This document shows positions 30,223-40,281 of a stretch of 64,000 nt of DNA, piece after piece. The stretch's first letter is position 1; each line of letters begins with the position of its first letter. This DNA is from an uncultured Bacteroidales bacterium (lineage in GTDB: Bacteria > Bacteroidota > Bacteroidia > Bacteroidales > UBA7960): the NCBI GenBank assembly GCA_964348755.1, contig CAYGDW010000004.1, forward strand, positions 18,766 to 82,765, written 5' to 3'. Under the pieces are notes generated by a model. It did no database searches. It was not told the origin of the DNA and was given only the letters and a program-made list of their open reading frames with translations. The translations under genes and the position numbers were made by a program.

Positions 30223-32667
30223 TCAATTGCCACGCAAAATCTGTTCCAAAGCAACGGGGTCTTTAATTTTAACCTCGCGTGCCTTGCTGCCTTCAAACGA
30301 ACCAACAATGCCGGCGGCTTCAAGCTGGTCAATAATCCGTCCTGCTCGGTTGTATCCAAGTTTTAGTTTTCGCTGTAGCATTGATGTTGAACCCTGCTGC
30401 GTTGCAACAATTATTCGGGCGGCTTCGTCAAAGAGGCTGTCGCGTTCTGAGGGGTCGATGGGTTCGGCTTCTCCGCCTTCTTCATCAAAGTATTCTGGCA
30501 GCAGAAAAGCATCGGGGTAAGCGCGCTGCGAACCAATAAAGTCGGTAATCCGGTCAATTTCGTGGGTGTCGATAAATGCGCACTGCAAACGTATCAGGTC
30601 GCTGCCTGTCGAAAGGAGCATGTCGCCACGGCCAATGAGTTGCTCGGCACCGCCGCTATCTAAAATTGTTCGCGAATCAATTTTTGATGTTACCCTAAAG
30701 GCAACCCTTGCCGGGAAATTGGCTTTTATGGTGCCAGTTATGATGTTTACCGATGGTCTTTGGGTAGCAATAATAAGGTGTAAACCCACCGCCCGCGACA
30801 ACTGTGCTAGCCGGGCAATGGGCAGTTCTATTTCTTTGCCTGCTGTCATAATCAGGTCGGCAAATTCGTCGATAAATAGGATTAAATATGGAAGGTAGCG
30901 ATGCCCGTGGTTTGGATTTAACCGACGTTCAACAAACTTGGTATTGTATTCTTTAATGTTGCGCACCTGTGCATCTTTGAGCAGGTCGTAGCGATTGTCC
31001 ATTTCAATGCAAAGAGAGTTGAGGGTACGTATAACCTGTCGGGTATCGGTTACAATGGCCTCTTCGGCATCGGGCAGTTTGGCCAAAAAGTGCCGCTCAA
31101 TTTTCGAAAACAGGGTTAGCTCAACCTTTTTAGGGTCAACCAAAATAAATTTTACCTGTGCCGGGTGCTTCTTGTAAAGTATTGATGCCAGAATGGCATT
31201 TAACCCCACCGATTTGCCCTGCCCGGTAGCACCAGCCATAAGCAGGTGGGGCATTTTTGTAAGGTCGGTAATAAAGGTTTCGTTGGCAATGGTCTTTCCT
31301 AACCCTATTGGAAGTTCAAAGGTAGAATTTTGAAACTTTTCGCTGGCCAGAATCGACCGCATTGATACAATTTCCGGAGTGCTGTTGGGCACCTCAATGC
31401 CTATGGTACCCCTTCCGGGGATGGGTGCAATAATGCGTATTCCCAGGGCTGAAAGGCTCAGGGCAATGTCGTTTTCCAAATTGCGAATGCGCGATATGCG
31501 TACACCGGGAGCCGGAATTATTTCGTACAAAGTTACCGTTGGGCCCACAGTGGCTTTAATACGCTCAATCTGAATGGAGTAGTTGCTGAGGGTTTCAATA
31601 ATTTTGTTTTTATTGGCCTCCAGTTCTTTTTTGTTTACCATTATAGAGTTGCTGCCACGCTCATCGAGAAGTTCAAGATCGGGAATCTGATACTTGGGCA
31701 GGTCTAAGGTAGGGTCGTATTGGCCAAGGTGCGAAAGGTCGGGCAAATCGCCTTCTGTGCCAAACTGTCCTGGAATCTCAACAGGTTGGTAATTATTGCC
31801 TGTAACATTTTTATCAGCTTCAATAATTTCTAATTCCGGATTGCTTTTTACAGGAATTTTTTCGGGTAGAGAAACAGGAGCGTCAAAATAAGTGTCCTCC
31901 TCACCAAAATTTACCTCAATGGGGAAAGGTTGTTCTGATTGTTCATGGTTTTCCACTTCAAGCACTATGTTGCCTCCTTGTATATCATCTCTGCTTTTGC
32001 CATAAAACAATTGGGTTATGAACTTGCCAATGGCGGCAAAGTTGGCATCGTAGGCCAGTATCAGAAAACTTCCCAATGAAAAAATCAGAAACATTATTGT
32101 GCCAAATCGCCCCAATACCCCATCGAGCCATACGTTGGCCTGAAAACCAAAAACTCCACCCAGAATGAGCATTGGCCCAGAGCGAATTATTGCCCCGAAG
32201 AACAGTGAAATCCATACCAGGTAAAAGAGGGAATAACGGATGGTTTTCCAGCCAGGTAGCAGGCTGTGTTCAAATAGCCATTTAAACCCTGCAATAAACG
32301 AAATTAAAACAAAAACAAACGAAGAAATACCAAACCATTTTTTAATAAAAAGGTGTGCAGCAATGGCACCCAGGCGGCCCATTACATTTTCTGTCGTAAC
32401 GCTTTCGTCAACTAACAGGCTCCAGTTGAAAGCTTTTGTGTCGAGCAACGAATCGTCGGCCTTCCAGCTAAAAAGGTAGGATATAAAAGAAATTAACAGA
32501 AACAATGAAAGCAATATAAAAAACAACCCAATGGTTTTGCGCAGGCGTTTGCTGCGCAAAAACTCCTTGAACGACTTCCCTGTAAGCTCATTGCCACTGA
32601 GGTCGGATCGGGTTTCTTTAGTTCCTCTGAAAGTGTTTTTTTTTATATTTCTGGGCTTTCTCTCCAT
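30223..32667 (-). CDS. ftsK: DNA translocase FtsK/SpoIIIE
   Basis: 814 aa with N-terminal TM segments. Walker A is GATGQGKSVGLN, and a C-terminal gamma/winged-helix region is present (QRKLKLGYNRAGRIIDQLE). Confidence 0.9.
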   Translation of the reverse strand: MERKPRNIKKNTFRGTKETRSDLSGNELTGKSFKEFLRSKRLRKTIGLFFILLSLFLLISFISYLFSWKADDSLLDTKAFNWSLLVDESVTTENVMGRLGAIAAHLFIKKWFGISSFVFVLISFIAGFKWLFEHSLLPGWKTIRYSLFYLVWISLFFGAIIRSGPMLILGGVFGFQANVWLDGVLGRFGTIMFLIFSLGSFLILAYDANFAAIGKFITQLFYGKSRDDIQGGNIVLEVENHEQSEQPFPIEVNFGEEDTYFDAPVSLPEKIPVKSNPELEIIEADKNVTGNNYQPVEIPGQFGTEGDLPDLSHLGQYDPTLDLPKYQIPDLELLDERGSNSIMVNKKELEANKNKIIETLSNYSIQIERIKATVGPTVTLYEIIPAPGVRISRIRNLENDIALSLSALGIRIIAPIPGRGTIGIEVPNSTPEIVSMRSILASEKFQNSTFELPIGLGKTIANETFITDLTKMPHLLMAGATGQGKSVGLNAILASILYKKHPAQVKFILVDPKKVELTLFSKIERHFLAKLPDAEEAIVTDTRQVIRTLNSLCIEMDNRYDLLKDAQVRNIKEYNTKFVERRLNPNHGHRYLPYLILFIDEFADLIMTAGKEIELPIARLAQLSRAVGLHLIIATQRPSVNIITGTIKANFPARVAFRVTSKIDSRTILDSGGAEQLIGRGDMLLSTGSDLIRLQCAFIDTHEIDRITDFIGSQRAYPDAFLLPEYFDEEGGEAEPIDPSERDSLFDEAARIIVATQQGSTSMLQRKLKLGYNRAGRIIDQLEAAGIVGSFEGSKAREVKIKDPVALEQILRGN

Positions 32668-32818
32668 TAGGGCAGGAAGTGTTTATTAATACTGGCAAAA
32701 TTAAGAAAAGAATTGTAAAGCAGAAATTATAAGCATGCTACGCCTTTCTAATAATAAAAACGAAAAAGGGAACTGAATAGCTCCCCTTTGGTGTTTTTTC
32801 GGCGAAAGCCCCAAAAAA

Positions 32819-34216
32819 TCAAAAACCCAATGTTTTGAGCATAGATTTATAGCTTTGCTCTTTTGCAAAAAGTTTTGTGGTATATTCGCCTTCGTCGTCC
32901 TTGTCGATAATAACCAATTTTGGTGCTGGCATTAGGCAGTGCTGAATACCCCCGAAACCACCCAGGCTTTCCTGATAGGCACCTGTATGAAACATGCCGA
33001 TATATTGTGTTACTTCTTCGCGTATTTTTGGCAGAAATATGGCATTTGCGTGCGACTCGGCATTGTAGTAGTCCTGGCTGTCGCAGGTAAGCCCTCCAAG
33101 GTTTACACGCTGGTATTCGCTATCCCAGTTGTTTATGGCAAGCAAAATAAAGCGTTGTTTGGCAGCCCATATATCGGGCAGGGTGGTCATAAAACTGCTG
33201 TCGATCATATTCCAGTGTTCGCGGTCGTTCTGCTGTTTCTGGTCAAGAATCGAATAAAGCACTGCACCACTTTCGCCAACGGTAAAAGCGCCGAATTCTG
33301 TAAAAATATGTGGTTCCTGAACCCCGTTCTGGTTGCAAATATTCTTGATCTGGGCAACAATTTCCTCGGTCATGTATTCATAATCGTACTCGAAGCCAAG
33401 CGAGTTTTTTATTGGAAACCCTCCGCCAATATTCAGGCTGTCGAGATCGGGGCATATTTTTTTCAACTCGCAATAAACGTTTACACACTTCGAAAGTTCG
33501 TTCCAGTAGTAAGCGTTGTCTTTTATACCGGTATTGATGAAAAAATGCAGCATCTTTAACGTGAAGCGCGGGTCATTCTCTATCTTTTCGCGGTAATATG
33601 GCAAAATATCGTTGTAGCGTACGCCCAGGCGCGAGGTGTAAAACTCGAACATAGGCTCTTCTTCTGCTGCAATGCGAATACCAAGCTTAACTTTTTTGTT
33701 TTTGTCAATCAGTGCATCGTAAGCCTTGATCTCGTTTTTGTTGTCAATTACAGCAATGGTGTTTTCAAAACCATTGTTAATCAACTCGCTGATTTTTTGT
33801 GTGTAAAGCGGGCGTTTGAAACCATTGCAAACAATATATCTGTTCTTATCTATTAAACCCAGATTATACAACTCTTCAATAATATAAATGTCGAAAGCTG
33901 ATGAGGTTTCTATGTGAATGTCGTTTTTGAGCGCTTCTTCCAATACAAAACTGAAATGCGAACTTTTGGTACAGTAACAGTAATGGTATTCGCCTTTATA
34001 ATCGACCCGGGCCATGGCTACATTAAACATTCGCTTGGCCTTTTGAATTTGCTGACTGATTTTTGGGAGGTAGCTTATCTTTAGCGGAGTGCCGTATTGT
34101 TTAATGATATCCATGAGGCAGATATCGTGAAAGTAAAGCTCGTTGTCAATTACTTTAAACTCTTCCTGAGGAAACTCAAAGGTTTGTTCAATCAGGTCGA
34201 TGTATTTGTTTTTCAT
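32819..34216 (-). CDS. speA: arginine decarboxylase (PLP-dependent, Orn/DAP/Arg decarboxylase fold)
   Basis: 465 aa. YGTPLKISYLP...YKGEYHYCYCTKSSHFSFVLEEAL parallels the SpeA pattern Y-G-Y..Y.IK.N. The CDSQDY region is typical of fold-type III decarboxylases. Confidence 0.7.
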   Translation of the reverse strand: MKNKYIDLIEQTFEFPQEEFKVIDNELYFHDICLMDIIKQYGTPLKISYLPKISQQIQKAKRMFNVAMARVDYKGEYHYCYCTKSSHFSFVLEEALKNDIHIETSSAFDIYIIEELYNLGLIDKNRYIVCNGFKRPLYTQKISELINNGFENTIAVIDNKNEIKAYDALIDKNKKVKLGIRIAAEEEPMFEFYTSRLGVRYNDILPYYREKIENDPRFTLKMLHFFINTGIKDNAYYWNELSKCVNVYCELKKICPDLDSLNIGGGFPIKNSLGFEYDYEYMTEEIVAQIKNICNQNGVQEPHIFTEFGAFTVGESGAVLYSILDQKQQNDREHWNMIDSSFMTTLPDIWAAKQRFILLAINNWDSEYQRVNLGGLTCDSQDYYNAESHANAIFLPKIREEVTQYIGMFHTGAYQESLGGFGGIQHCLMPAPKLVIIDKDDEGEYTTKLFAKEQSYKSMLKTLGF

Positions 34217-34391
34217 TTCCTTTCAAACAGGTTTTTAGTGAAATGCAAAAAGTAGATGAGTTACTTTTGAAAAAAATGGCAAATCGAGTTGAAGTACTTT
34301 TAAAGAAAAGTTTTGCAAAGATAAAAATTACACTGAAAACAGAAACCCAAAACAATCGTATTTTTGCCACGTTATTAAATCAAATTTAAAT

Positions 34392-34820
34392 ATGCAACCC
34401 ATGATTCGATTAGGTGCATTTGCTTTTTTTTTGTTTGCTACAATGGCGTTTTCCAATAATTTAACCGCCCAGCGTGGTTTTGACCAATTTGGCACCGAGC
34501 AGGGTATTCGTATCCAATACCGCTGGGCAAGGCACAATCCGGTTGATCCAACCAGCAATGCCGCCCTTTCGCTTCGCCTTACCAACGAACACCCTCATCC
34601 GGTAAATGTAACCCTTACGGTTACATTTTACCGCAACCATCAGATCATGTTCGAAAGCCGCGACAATAATTACTGCTTTGAGGCAGGGCAGAGCCTGCGT
34701 GGCTCCCTGGCCAACCTCCGTTTTATGGCCGAAGGCATTTCACTTGATATGGTGCGCGAGCCGTGGTTTTCGTGGAAGATTTCGGCCATTGAAGTGAAGC
34801 CGGTAGGTAGTTGTAAATAA
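34392..34820 (+). CDS. hypothetical secreted protein
   Basis: 142 aa with a clear signal peptide (LGAFAFFLFATMAFSNNLTAQ). I recognise no other motif. Confidence 0.5.
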   Translation: MQPMIRLGAFAFFLFATMAFSNNLTAQRGFDQFGTEQGIRIQYRWARHNPVDPTSNAALSLRLTNEHPHPVNVTLTVTFYRNHQIMFESRDNNYCFEAGQSLRGSLANLRFMAEGISLDMVREPWFSWKISAIEVKPVGSCK

Positions 34821-34887
34821 GCTTTATTTTTGGCCTCATAGGTCATTGCCTGCCCCGCAAAAGTGTATTTTTGCATAAAAATCATCT

Positions 34888-36894
34888 ATGAGCCTAAATG
34901 ATCTTCATCGTGCAATTCTGGCTGGAATTCCCAATGAACTTCCACCTGCACGGCCTTACGACTTAACGGTAAATCATGCGCCCCGCCGCAAGGACATATT
35001 GTCGGCAGCCGAAAAAAAATTAGCCGTTAGAAATGCTTTGCGTTATTTTCCGGATACGTTTCACGAAGAACTTGCCCGAGAGTTTGCACAGGAGCTTATT
35101 GATTACGGCCGCATTTATATGTACCGGTTCAGGCCCTGCTACCCGATAACGGCCAGAAGTATCAATGATTTTCCTCATCAAAGCCTTCAGGCTGCAGCCA
35201 TTATGCTAATGCTGAGCAATAATCTTGATTATGCCGTTGCCCAGCATCCACATGAACTTATAACCTATGGGGGCAATGGGGCTGTATTTCAAAACTGGGC
35301 GCAATACCTGCTCTCCATTAAATACCTTGCCGAAATGACCGATGAGCAAACATTGGTGCTATATAGCGGTCATCCTATGGGCCTTTTTCCGTCGCACCCC
35401 GAAGCGCCCAGGGTTGTGGTAACCAACGGCATGATGATTCCCAATTACTCAAAACCCGACGACTGGGAGCGCTTCAATGCCATCGGTGTAACCCAATATG
35501 GGCAAATGACTGCAGGCTCGTTTATGTACATTGGCCCCCAAGGCATTGTGCATGGCACCACCATTACCGTACTCAATGCCGGGCGCAGGCTGCAGGGCAG
35601 CGATGGAACCCTGGCGGGTAAAGTGTTTGTTACCAGTGGGTTGGGCGGAATGTCGGGAGCACAGGCAAAAGCAGCAGTTATAGCAGGGGCTGTGGGTGTG
35701 CTGGCCGAAGTTAATCCAAAGGTTACAAAAATCAGGCACGAACAGCGCTGGGTCGATGAGGTGTATAACGACCTCAGTACCATAATTAACCGCATAAAGG
35801 ATGCAAAAAACCACAAAGAGGCAGTTTCGCTGGCATACCAGGGAAACATTGTTGATCTTTGGGAGGCTCTGGTAAAGGCAAATATCCACATTGACCTTGG
35901 CAGCGATCAAACTTCTCTGCACAACCCTTGGGCTGGCGGTTACTACCCGGCCGGCCTTACTTTCAACGAGTCGAACGAAATGATGGCCCATGCACCCGAA
36001 GAGTTTAAAAAACATGTGCAAGCATCGCTCATCAGACACGTGAATGCAGTAAAAACAATGACTTCCCGCGGTATGTACTTTTGGGACTACGGCAATGCAT
36101 TTTTACTTGAAGCGGGCAGGGCCGGGGCAGATGTGTTTAAGGAAGATGGCACATACATATATCCTTCATACGTTCAGGACATTATGGGGCCAATGTGCTT
36201 TGACTATGGCTTTGGCCCTTTTCGTTGGGTGTGTGCCTCGTCCGATCCGGATGACCTGCGCACCACCGACCTCCTGGCCGCAGAGGTAATTGAGGGTATG
36301 ATGGAGAATTCCCCTGCCGAAATAAAACAACAATTGGCCGACAACCTTCTGTGGATCAGGCAGGCTGAGGAAAACAAACTGGTTGTTGGTTCGCAGGCTC
36401 GCATTTTGTATGCCGATAGCGAGGGTCGTATTCGCATTGCCAAAGCCTTTAACAATGCTATTGGTGAAAAGCGCCTCAAAGGTCCGGTAATTTTAGGCCG
36501 CGACCACCATGATGTGAGTGGCACCGACAGCCCCTACCGCGAAACATCAAACATATACGACGGTTCGCAGTTTACCGCCGATATGGCCATACAAAATGTT
36601 ATCGGCGACAGCTTTCGGGGGGCCACCTGGGTAAGCATTCATAATGGCGGCGGAGTAGGATGGGGCGAAGTAATTAATGGCGGCTTTGGCCTACTGCTCG
36701 ACGGCAGCCCCGAAGCCGAACGCAGGCTCGAATCGATGCTCTTTTGGGATGTAAATAACGGAATTGCCCGCAGAAGCTGGGCAAGAAACCCTGAAGCCAT
36801 TTTTGCAATAAAAAGAGCTATGCAAGCCGAACCTAAGCTAAAGGTTACTTTGCCCTATATTGTATCCGACCATTTGCTCGATGGGCTATTTTAA
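34888..36894 (+). CDS. hutU: urocanate hydratase homolog (long form, 668 aa)
   Basis: Urocanase signatures are present: TYGGNGAVFQNW, MTAGSFMYIGPQGIVHGT and SGLGGMSGAQ. Confidence 0.8.
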   Translation: MSLNDLHRAILAGIPNELPPARPYDLTVNHAPRRKDILSAAEKKLAVRNALRYFPDTFHEELAREFAQELIDYGRIYMYRFRPCYPITARSINDFPHQSLQAAAIMLMLSNNLDYAVAQHPHELITYGGNGAVFQNWAQYLLSIKYLAEMTDEQTLVLYSGHPMGLFPSHPEAPRVVVTNGMMIPNYSKPDDWERFNAIGVTQYGQMTAGSFMYIGPQGIVHGTTITVLNAGRRLQGSDGTLAGKVFVTSGLGGMSGAQAKAAVIAGAVGVLAEVNPKVTKIRHEQRWVDEVYNDLSTIINRIKDAKNHKEAVSLAYQGNIVDLWEALVKANIHIDLGSDQTSLHNPWAGGYYPAGLTFNESNEMMAHAPEEFKKHVQASLIRHVNAVKTMTSRGMYFWDYGNAFLLEAGRAGADVFKEDGTYIYPSYVQDIMGPMCFDYGFGPFRWVCASSDPDDLRTTDLLAAEVIEGMMENSPAEIKQQLADNLLWIRQAEENKLVVGSQARILYADSEGRIRIAKAFNNAIGEKRLKGPVILGRDHHDVSGTDSPYRETSNIYDGSQFTADMAIQNVIGDSFRGATWVSIHNGGGVGWGEVINGGFGLLLDGSPEAERRLESMLFWDVNNGIARRSWARNPEAIFAIKRAMQAEPKLKVTLPYIVSDHLLDGLF

Positions 36895-36954
36895 GCATTG
36901 TTTCTGGCAGGAAATTTGAAAGAAGGTCATTGAAACTCTTCAACAAGATCTGAA

Positions 36955-37377
36955 ATGAAAAACCGAATATTTTTTCTGATTCTTCTTTCCATATTTTTCG
37001 CATTCATTCTAACCTCCTGTGTCGATGGCTGGGAAGACCCTTTCGGCGATCCTGTAGAAAAGTTTCTTGGAAACTGGAAAGTAAACGAGGTAAGCACACT
37101 TTATGGTGGTCAGTACAATTACGATGTTTCAATAAGCCGCAACCCGGCCAACAGCGCCGAAATTCTTATTTCAAACTTCTATATGCAGGGGCCAGGCGAA
37201 TTTGCACGTGCACTGGTGTCGGGCAATACAATTACCATAGTGCAGCAGACCATTTGCAATGGCACCATAGCTATTAAAGGAAGCGGACAGTTTAATGCCG
37301 GTGTAATTACTCTGGTTTATACTGCCAACGATGCTGCCGATCTTGACAATGTTTCGGCCACCTACCGGCGGCCCTGA
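36955..37377 (+). CDS. hypothetical lipoprotein
   Basis: 140 aa. The signal peptide has a lipobox (FILTSC). No recognisable domain. Confidence 0.5.
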   Translation: MKNRIFFLILLSIFFAFILTSCVDGWEDPFGDPVEKFLGNWKVNEVSTLYGGQYNYDVSISRNPANSAEILISNFYMQGPGEFARALVSGNTITIVQQTICNGTIAIKGSGQFNAGVITLVYTANDAADLDNVSATYRRP

Positions 37378-37979
37378 CTATCTTTAATGCGGCCCTGGGT
37401 ATTCTTAATGAAAAACAAGGGAGGTTTTGGCGTAGGAAACCATTCGACAGAAAGCGAATCAGGAGAAATAAAGTCGGTAGCCAGCGAATCGGTAGCCAGC
37501 GAGTCAGCGAGCAATAGCTCTTCTTCCTGGCGGCGAATAAAGCGCTGAAGCTCAGCCTCGGCCTCCGACATTTTAAGGCTTAACCGCTTAAGGATTTCTT
37601 CATGAATCTGTTCCATCTCTACCTCAAAAAGTAAATAACAATCCAGTGCCTGCTTGAATTCGAGCCTACTTACTCCGTGTTTATGAAAAATTCCTGCATA
37701 GTAGTAATCCACAGAGTCGCTGTATTCGGGGTGCCTGGTCAGGTGGTCAGAGAGGTAGCCTTCCATCAAATAAATGTCAGCCAGGATGTTGGTTAGCTGC
37801 TCGCGTGGTAAAATCTTCTGACATCGCTCGCGGTCGGGCGAATGGAAAAATCCGCAGGAGCTAACCATTAGCAAAACCAAAACCAATGTTAGGTATTTAA
37901 GGTAAGACAACCGGGCAATAATTACTGAAAGATTTGTTTTCATTTCATGATGCTCAGCAAATCGGTGTTTATCTTTCAA
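37362..37979 (-). CDS. hypothetical lipoprotein (DUF4296-like by memory and context)
   Basis: 205 aa. The internal start MKTNLS... gives a signal peptide with lipobox MVSSC. The gene is coupled downstream of dihydroorotase and contains the in-frame DSLAT-DSLAT repeat. Confidence 0.5.
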   Translation of the reverse strand: MKDKHRFAEHHEMKTNLSVIIARLSYLKYLTLVLVLLMVSSCGFFHSPDRERCQKILPREQLTNILADIYLMEGYLSDHLTRHPEYSDSVDYYYAGIFHKHGVSRLEFKQALDCYLLFEVEMEQIHEEILKRLSLKMSEAEAELQRFIRRQEEELLLADSLATDSLATDFISPDSLSVEWFPTPKPPLFFIKNTQGRIKDSQGRR

Positions 37980-39321
37980 AAATCAGGGGCTGGCCTTTTA
38001 CGGTTTCGCGGAATGTACCATTTTCAAAAACAGGTATTCCATTTACAAAGGTATAAATCACGCTCGATTTAAAGGATGTGCCTTCGAAGGGCGACCATCC
38101 ACATTTATACAATGTGTTTTCCCGGGATACGGTCTGGGGTTGGTTTAGGTTAACAACAGTAAGGTCGGCAGCATAGCCTTCCCGAATAAATCCCCGGTTT
38201 TTAACTGCAAAGCATATTGCGGGGTTATGACACATCCATTGAATTACTTGTTGGAGAGTAAAAACTTTTTGGTGTACCATTTCGAGCATTGCGGGCAGAA
38301 AATGTTGCACTAGGGGTGCTCCAGACGGGCACTGAAGGTAATTATTCTGTTTCTCTTCGAGGGTGTGCGGGGCATGGTCGGTAGCAACCACGTCGATAAA
38401 CCCGCCAATCAATGCCTGGCGAATAGCTTCGCGGTCGGCCTGAGTCTTAATTGCAGGATTCCATTTTATCAGGCTTCCTCTTTGGGCATAATCGGCATCG
38501 GTAAACCACAAGTGATGAAGGCATGCTTCGGCCGTAATTTGCTTGTCTTTTAGCGGGGTGTTGTTTTCGAGCAGGGCCATTTCGTGGGCGGTGCTCAAAT
38601 GAAGCAAGTGAAGCCGGGTACCATGTTTTTTAGCCAGATTTACCGCCAGTGTTGAAGATTTGAGGCAAGCCTCATGGTTGCGAATTACCGGGTGTTGGCT
38701 TACCGGAATGTTTTCGCCAAATTTTTCTTTTGCAATTGAAAGGTTATGAGCAATGGTGGCCTCGTCTTCGCAGTGCACTGCTACAGGCAAGCGAGCATTA
38801 CTGAATATTCCCGAAAGGGTATCAGGATTATCAACAAGCATATTTCCGGTAGAGGCACCCATGAATATTTTTATGCCGCAAACGTGTCTGGGGTCAGTAG
38901 CAACAACCTCGTCGAGGTTATCGTTGGTAGTACCCATGTAAAACGAAAAATTTGCAAGGCTCTTTTCCTGGCCAAGTCTGAACTTGTCTTCCAATAATTT
39001 TTGGGTAACCGCTTTTGGCACGGTGTTGGGCATTTCCATAAAACTTGTAATGCCACCGGCTACTGCCGCCCGCGACTCGCTATAAAGGTCGCCCTTATGG
39101 GTAAGCCCGGGGTCGCGAAAATGCACCTGACCGTCAATAATACCTGGCATCAAAACCAAACCGTTGAGGTTTATAATAGGAAGGTTTTGTGAAATTCCTT
39201 CGGGAAGGTTTCCGCGAAAAATTTTCTCAATCTTGCCATTGCTTACAAGTAGGCTGCCCCCGAAAATTTGTCCTTCATTGACAATGGTGGCGTCTTTCAG
39301 AATAAATTTGTCAGTAGTCAT
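37969..39321 (-). CDS. pyrC: dihydroorotase (amidohydrolase superfamily)
   Basis: 450 aa. PGIIDGQVHFRDPG (HxH metal site)...AAVAGGITSFMEMPNT...VATDHAPH matches dihydroorotase/allantoinase-class enzymes. Confidence 0.8.
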   Translation of the reverse strand: MTTDKFILKDATIVNEGQIFGGSLLVSNGKIEKIFRGNLPEGISQNLPIINLNGLVLMPGIIDGQVHFRDPGLTHKGDLYSESRAAVAGGITSFMEMPNTVPKAVTQKLLEDKFRLGQEKSLANFSFYMGTTNDNLDEVVATDPRHVCGIKIFMGASTGNMLVDNPDTLSGIFSNARLPVAVHCEDEATIAHNLSIAKEKFGENIPVSQHPVIRNHEACLKSSTLAVNLAKKHGTRLHLLHLSTAHEMALLENNTPLKDKQITAEACLHHLWFTDADYAQRGSLIKWNPAIKTQADREAIRQALIGGFIDVVATDHAPHTLEEKQNNYLQCPSGAPLVQHFLPAMLEMVHQKVFTLQQVIQWMCHNPAICFAVKNRGFIREGYAADLTVVNLNQPQTVSRENTLYKCGWSPFEGTSFKSSVIYTFVNGIPVFENGTFRETVKGQPLIFER

Positions 39322-39368
39322 ATTTGTTTGGTATTATATAAGGTAAAGCAAAATGCAAGGCTTGTATT

Positions 39369-40106
39369 TTATTTCATCCGTTTGTATTTCCTGAATAAAC
39401 TCTGCCAGCGTAGCATTATAACGCCCAGTACCGCCTCTTTAAAAATACCTTTACTCATTTTTGAAACTCCTTCGGTGCGATCAGTAAAAATAATGGAAAC
39501 TTCTTTGATTTTAAATCCCAGTTTCCAGGCCAGGAATTTCATTTCAATCTGAAAAGCATATCCTACGAACTGAATCTTTTCGAGGTCGATGGCCGCGAGC
39601 AGCTCGCGCCGGTAACATTTAAAACCGGCCGTAGTGTCGCGAATGCTCATACCTGTTACTTTTCTAACGTATGTTGAAGCAAAATACGACATCAACACTC
39701 GTTCAATGGGCCAGTTTACCACATTAACCCCGCCAATGTATCTTGAACCAATGGCAAGGTCGCACCCCCCGTTTTGGCAGGCCTCAAGCAGTCGGGGCAA
39801 GTCTTCGGGGTTGTGCGAAAAGTCGGCATCCATTTCAAAAATATAGGGGTAGTTGCGCTGCAAAGCCCACTTAAAGCCCATAATATAAGCGGTGCCAAGG
39901 CCTAGCTTGCCAGGCCTGGTTTCGATAAACAAACGATCAGGGAATTCTGAAAGCAAGGAGCGAACAATGGCAGCGGTGCCATCGGGCGAGTTATCATCAA
40001 TAATCAATATATGAAACCCATCCGAAATGGAGAAAATCCTCCGGATCATTTTTTCAATGTTTTCCTTTTCCTTGTAGGTTGGAATAATTACCAGGCTATT
40101 GGCCAT
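39369..40106 (-). CDS. polyprenol monophosphomannose synthase (GT2 family)
   Basis: 245 aa. VIIPTYKEKENI...ILIIDDNSPDGT...FEMDADFSH are dolichol/polyprenol-phosphate mannosyltransferase motifs. Confidence 0.8.
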   Translation of the reverse strand: MANSLVIIPTYKEKENIEKMIRRIFSISDGFHILIIDDNSPDGTAAIVRSLLSEFPDRLFIETRPGKLGLGTAYIMGFKWALQRNYPYIFEMDADFSHNPEDLPRLLEACQNGGCDLAIGSRYIGGVNVVNWPIERVLMSYFASTYVRKVTGMSIRDTTAGFKCYRRELLAAIDLEKIQFVGYAFQIEMKFLAWKLGFKIKEVSIIFTDRTEGVSKMSKGIFKEAVLGVIMLRWQSLFRKYKRMK

Positions 40107-40281
40107 TAAATCTTTATTTTGCAGGAAAACTCATCCTGCCAGGGTTAAAATTTTTGGTTTCCGGGCTTGGCATTAAATCCCGAAGCATCAAAATTAATGT
40201 TTTGAACTGAGATTTTTTGAAAAATCACATTTTTTGGCAAAAAGGTCTGGTTGTCAATGTCATTATGTATATTTTTGCCCT

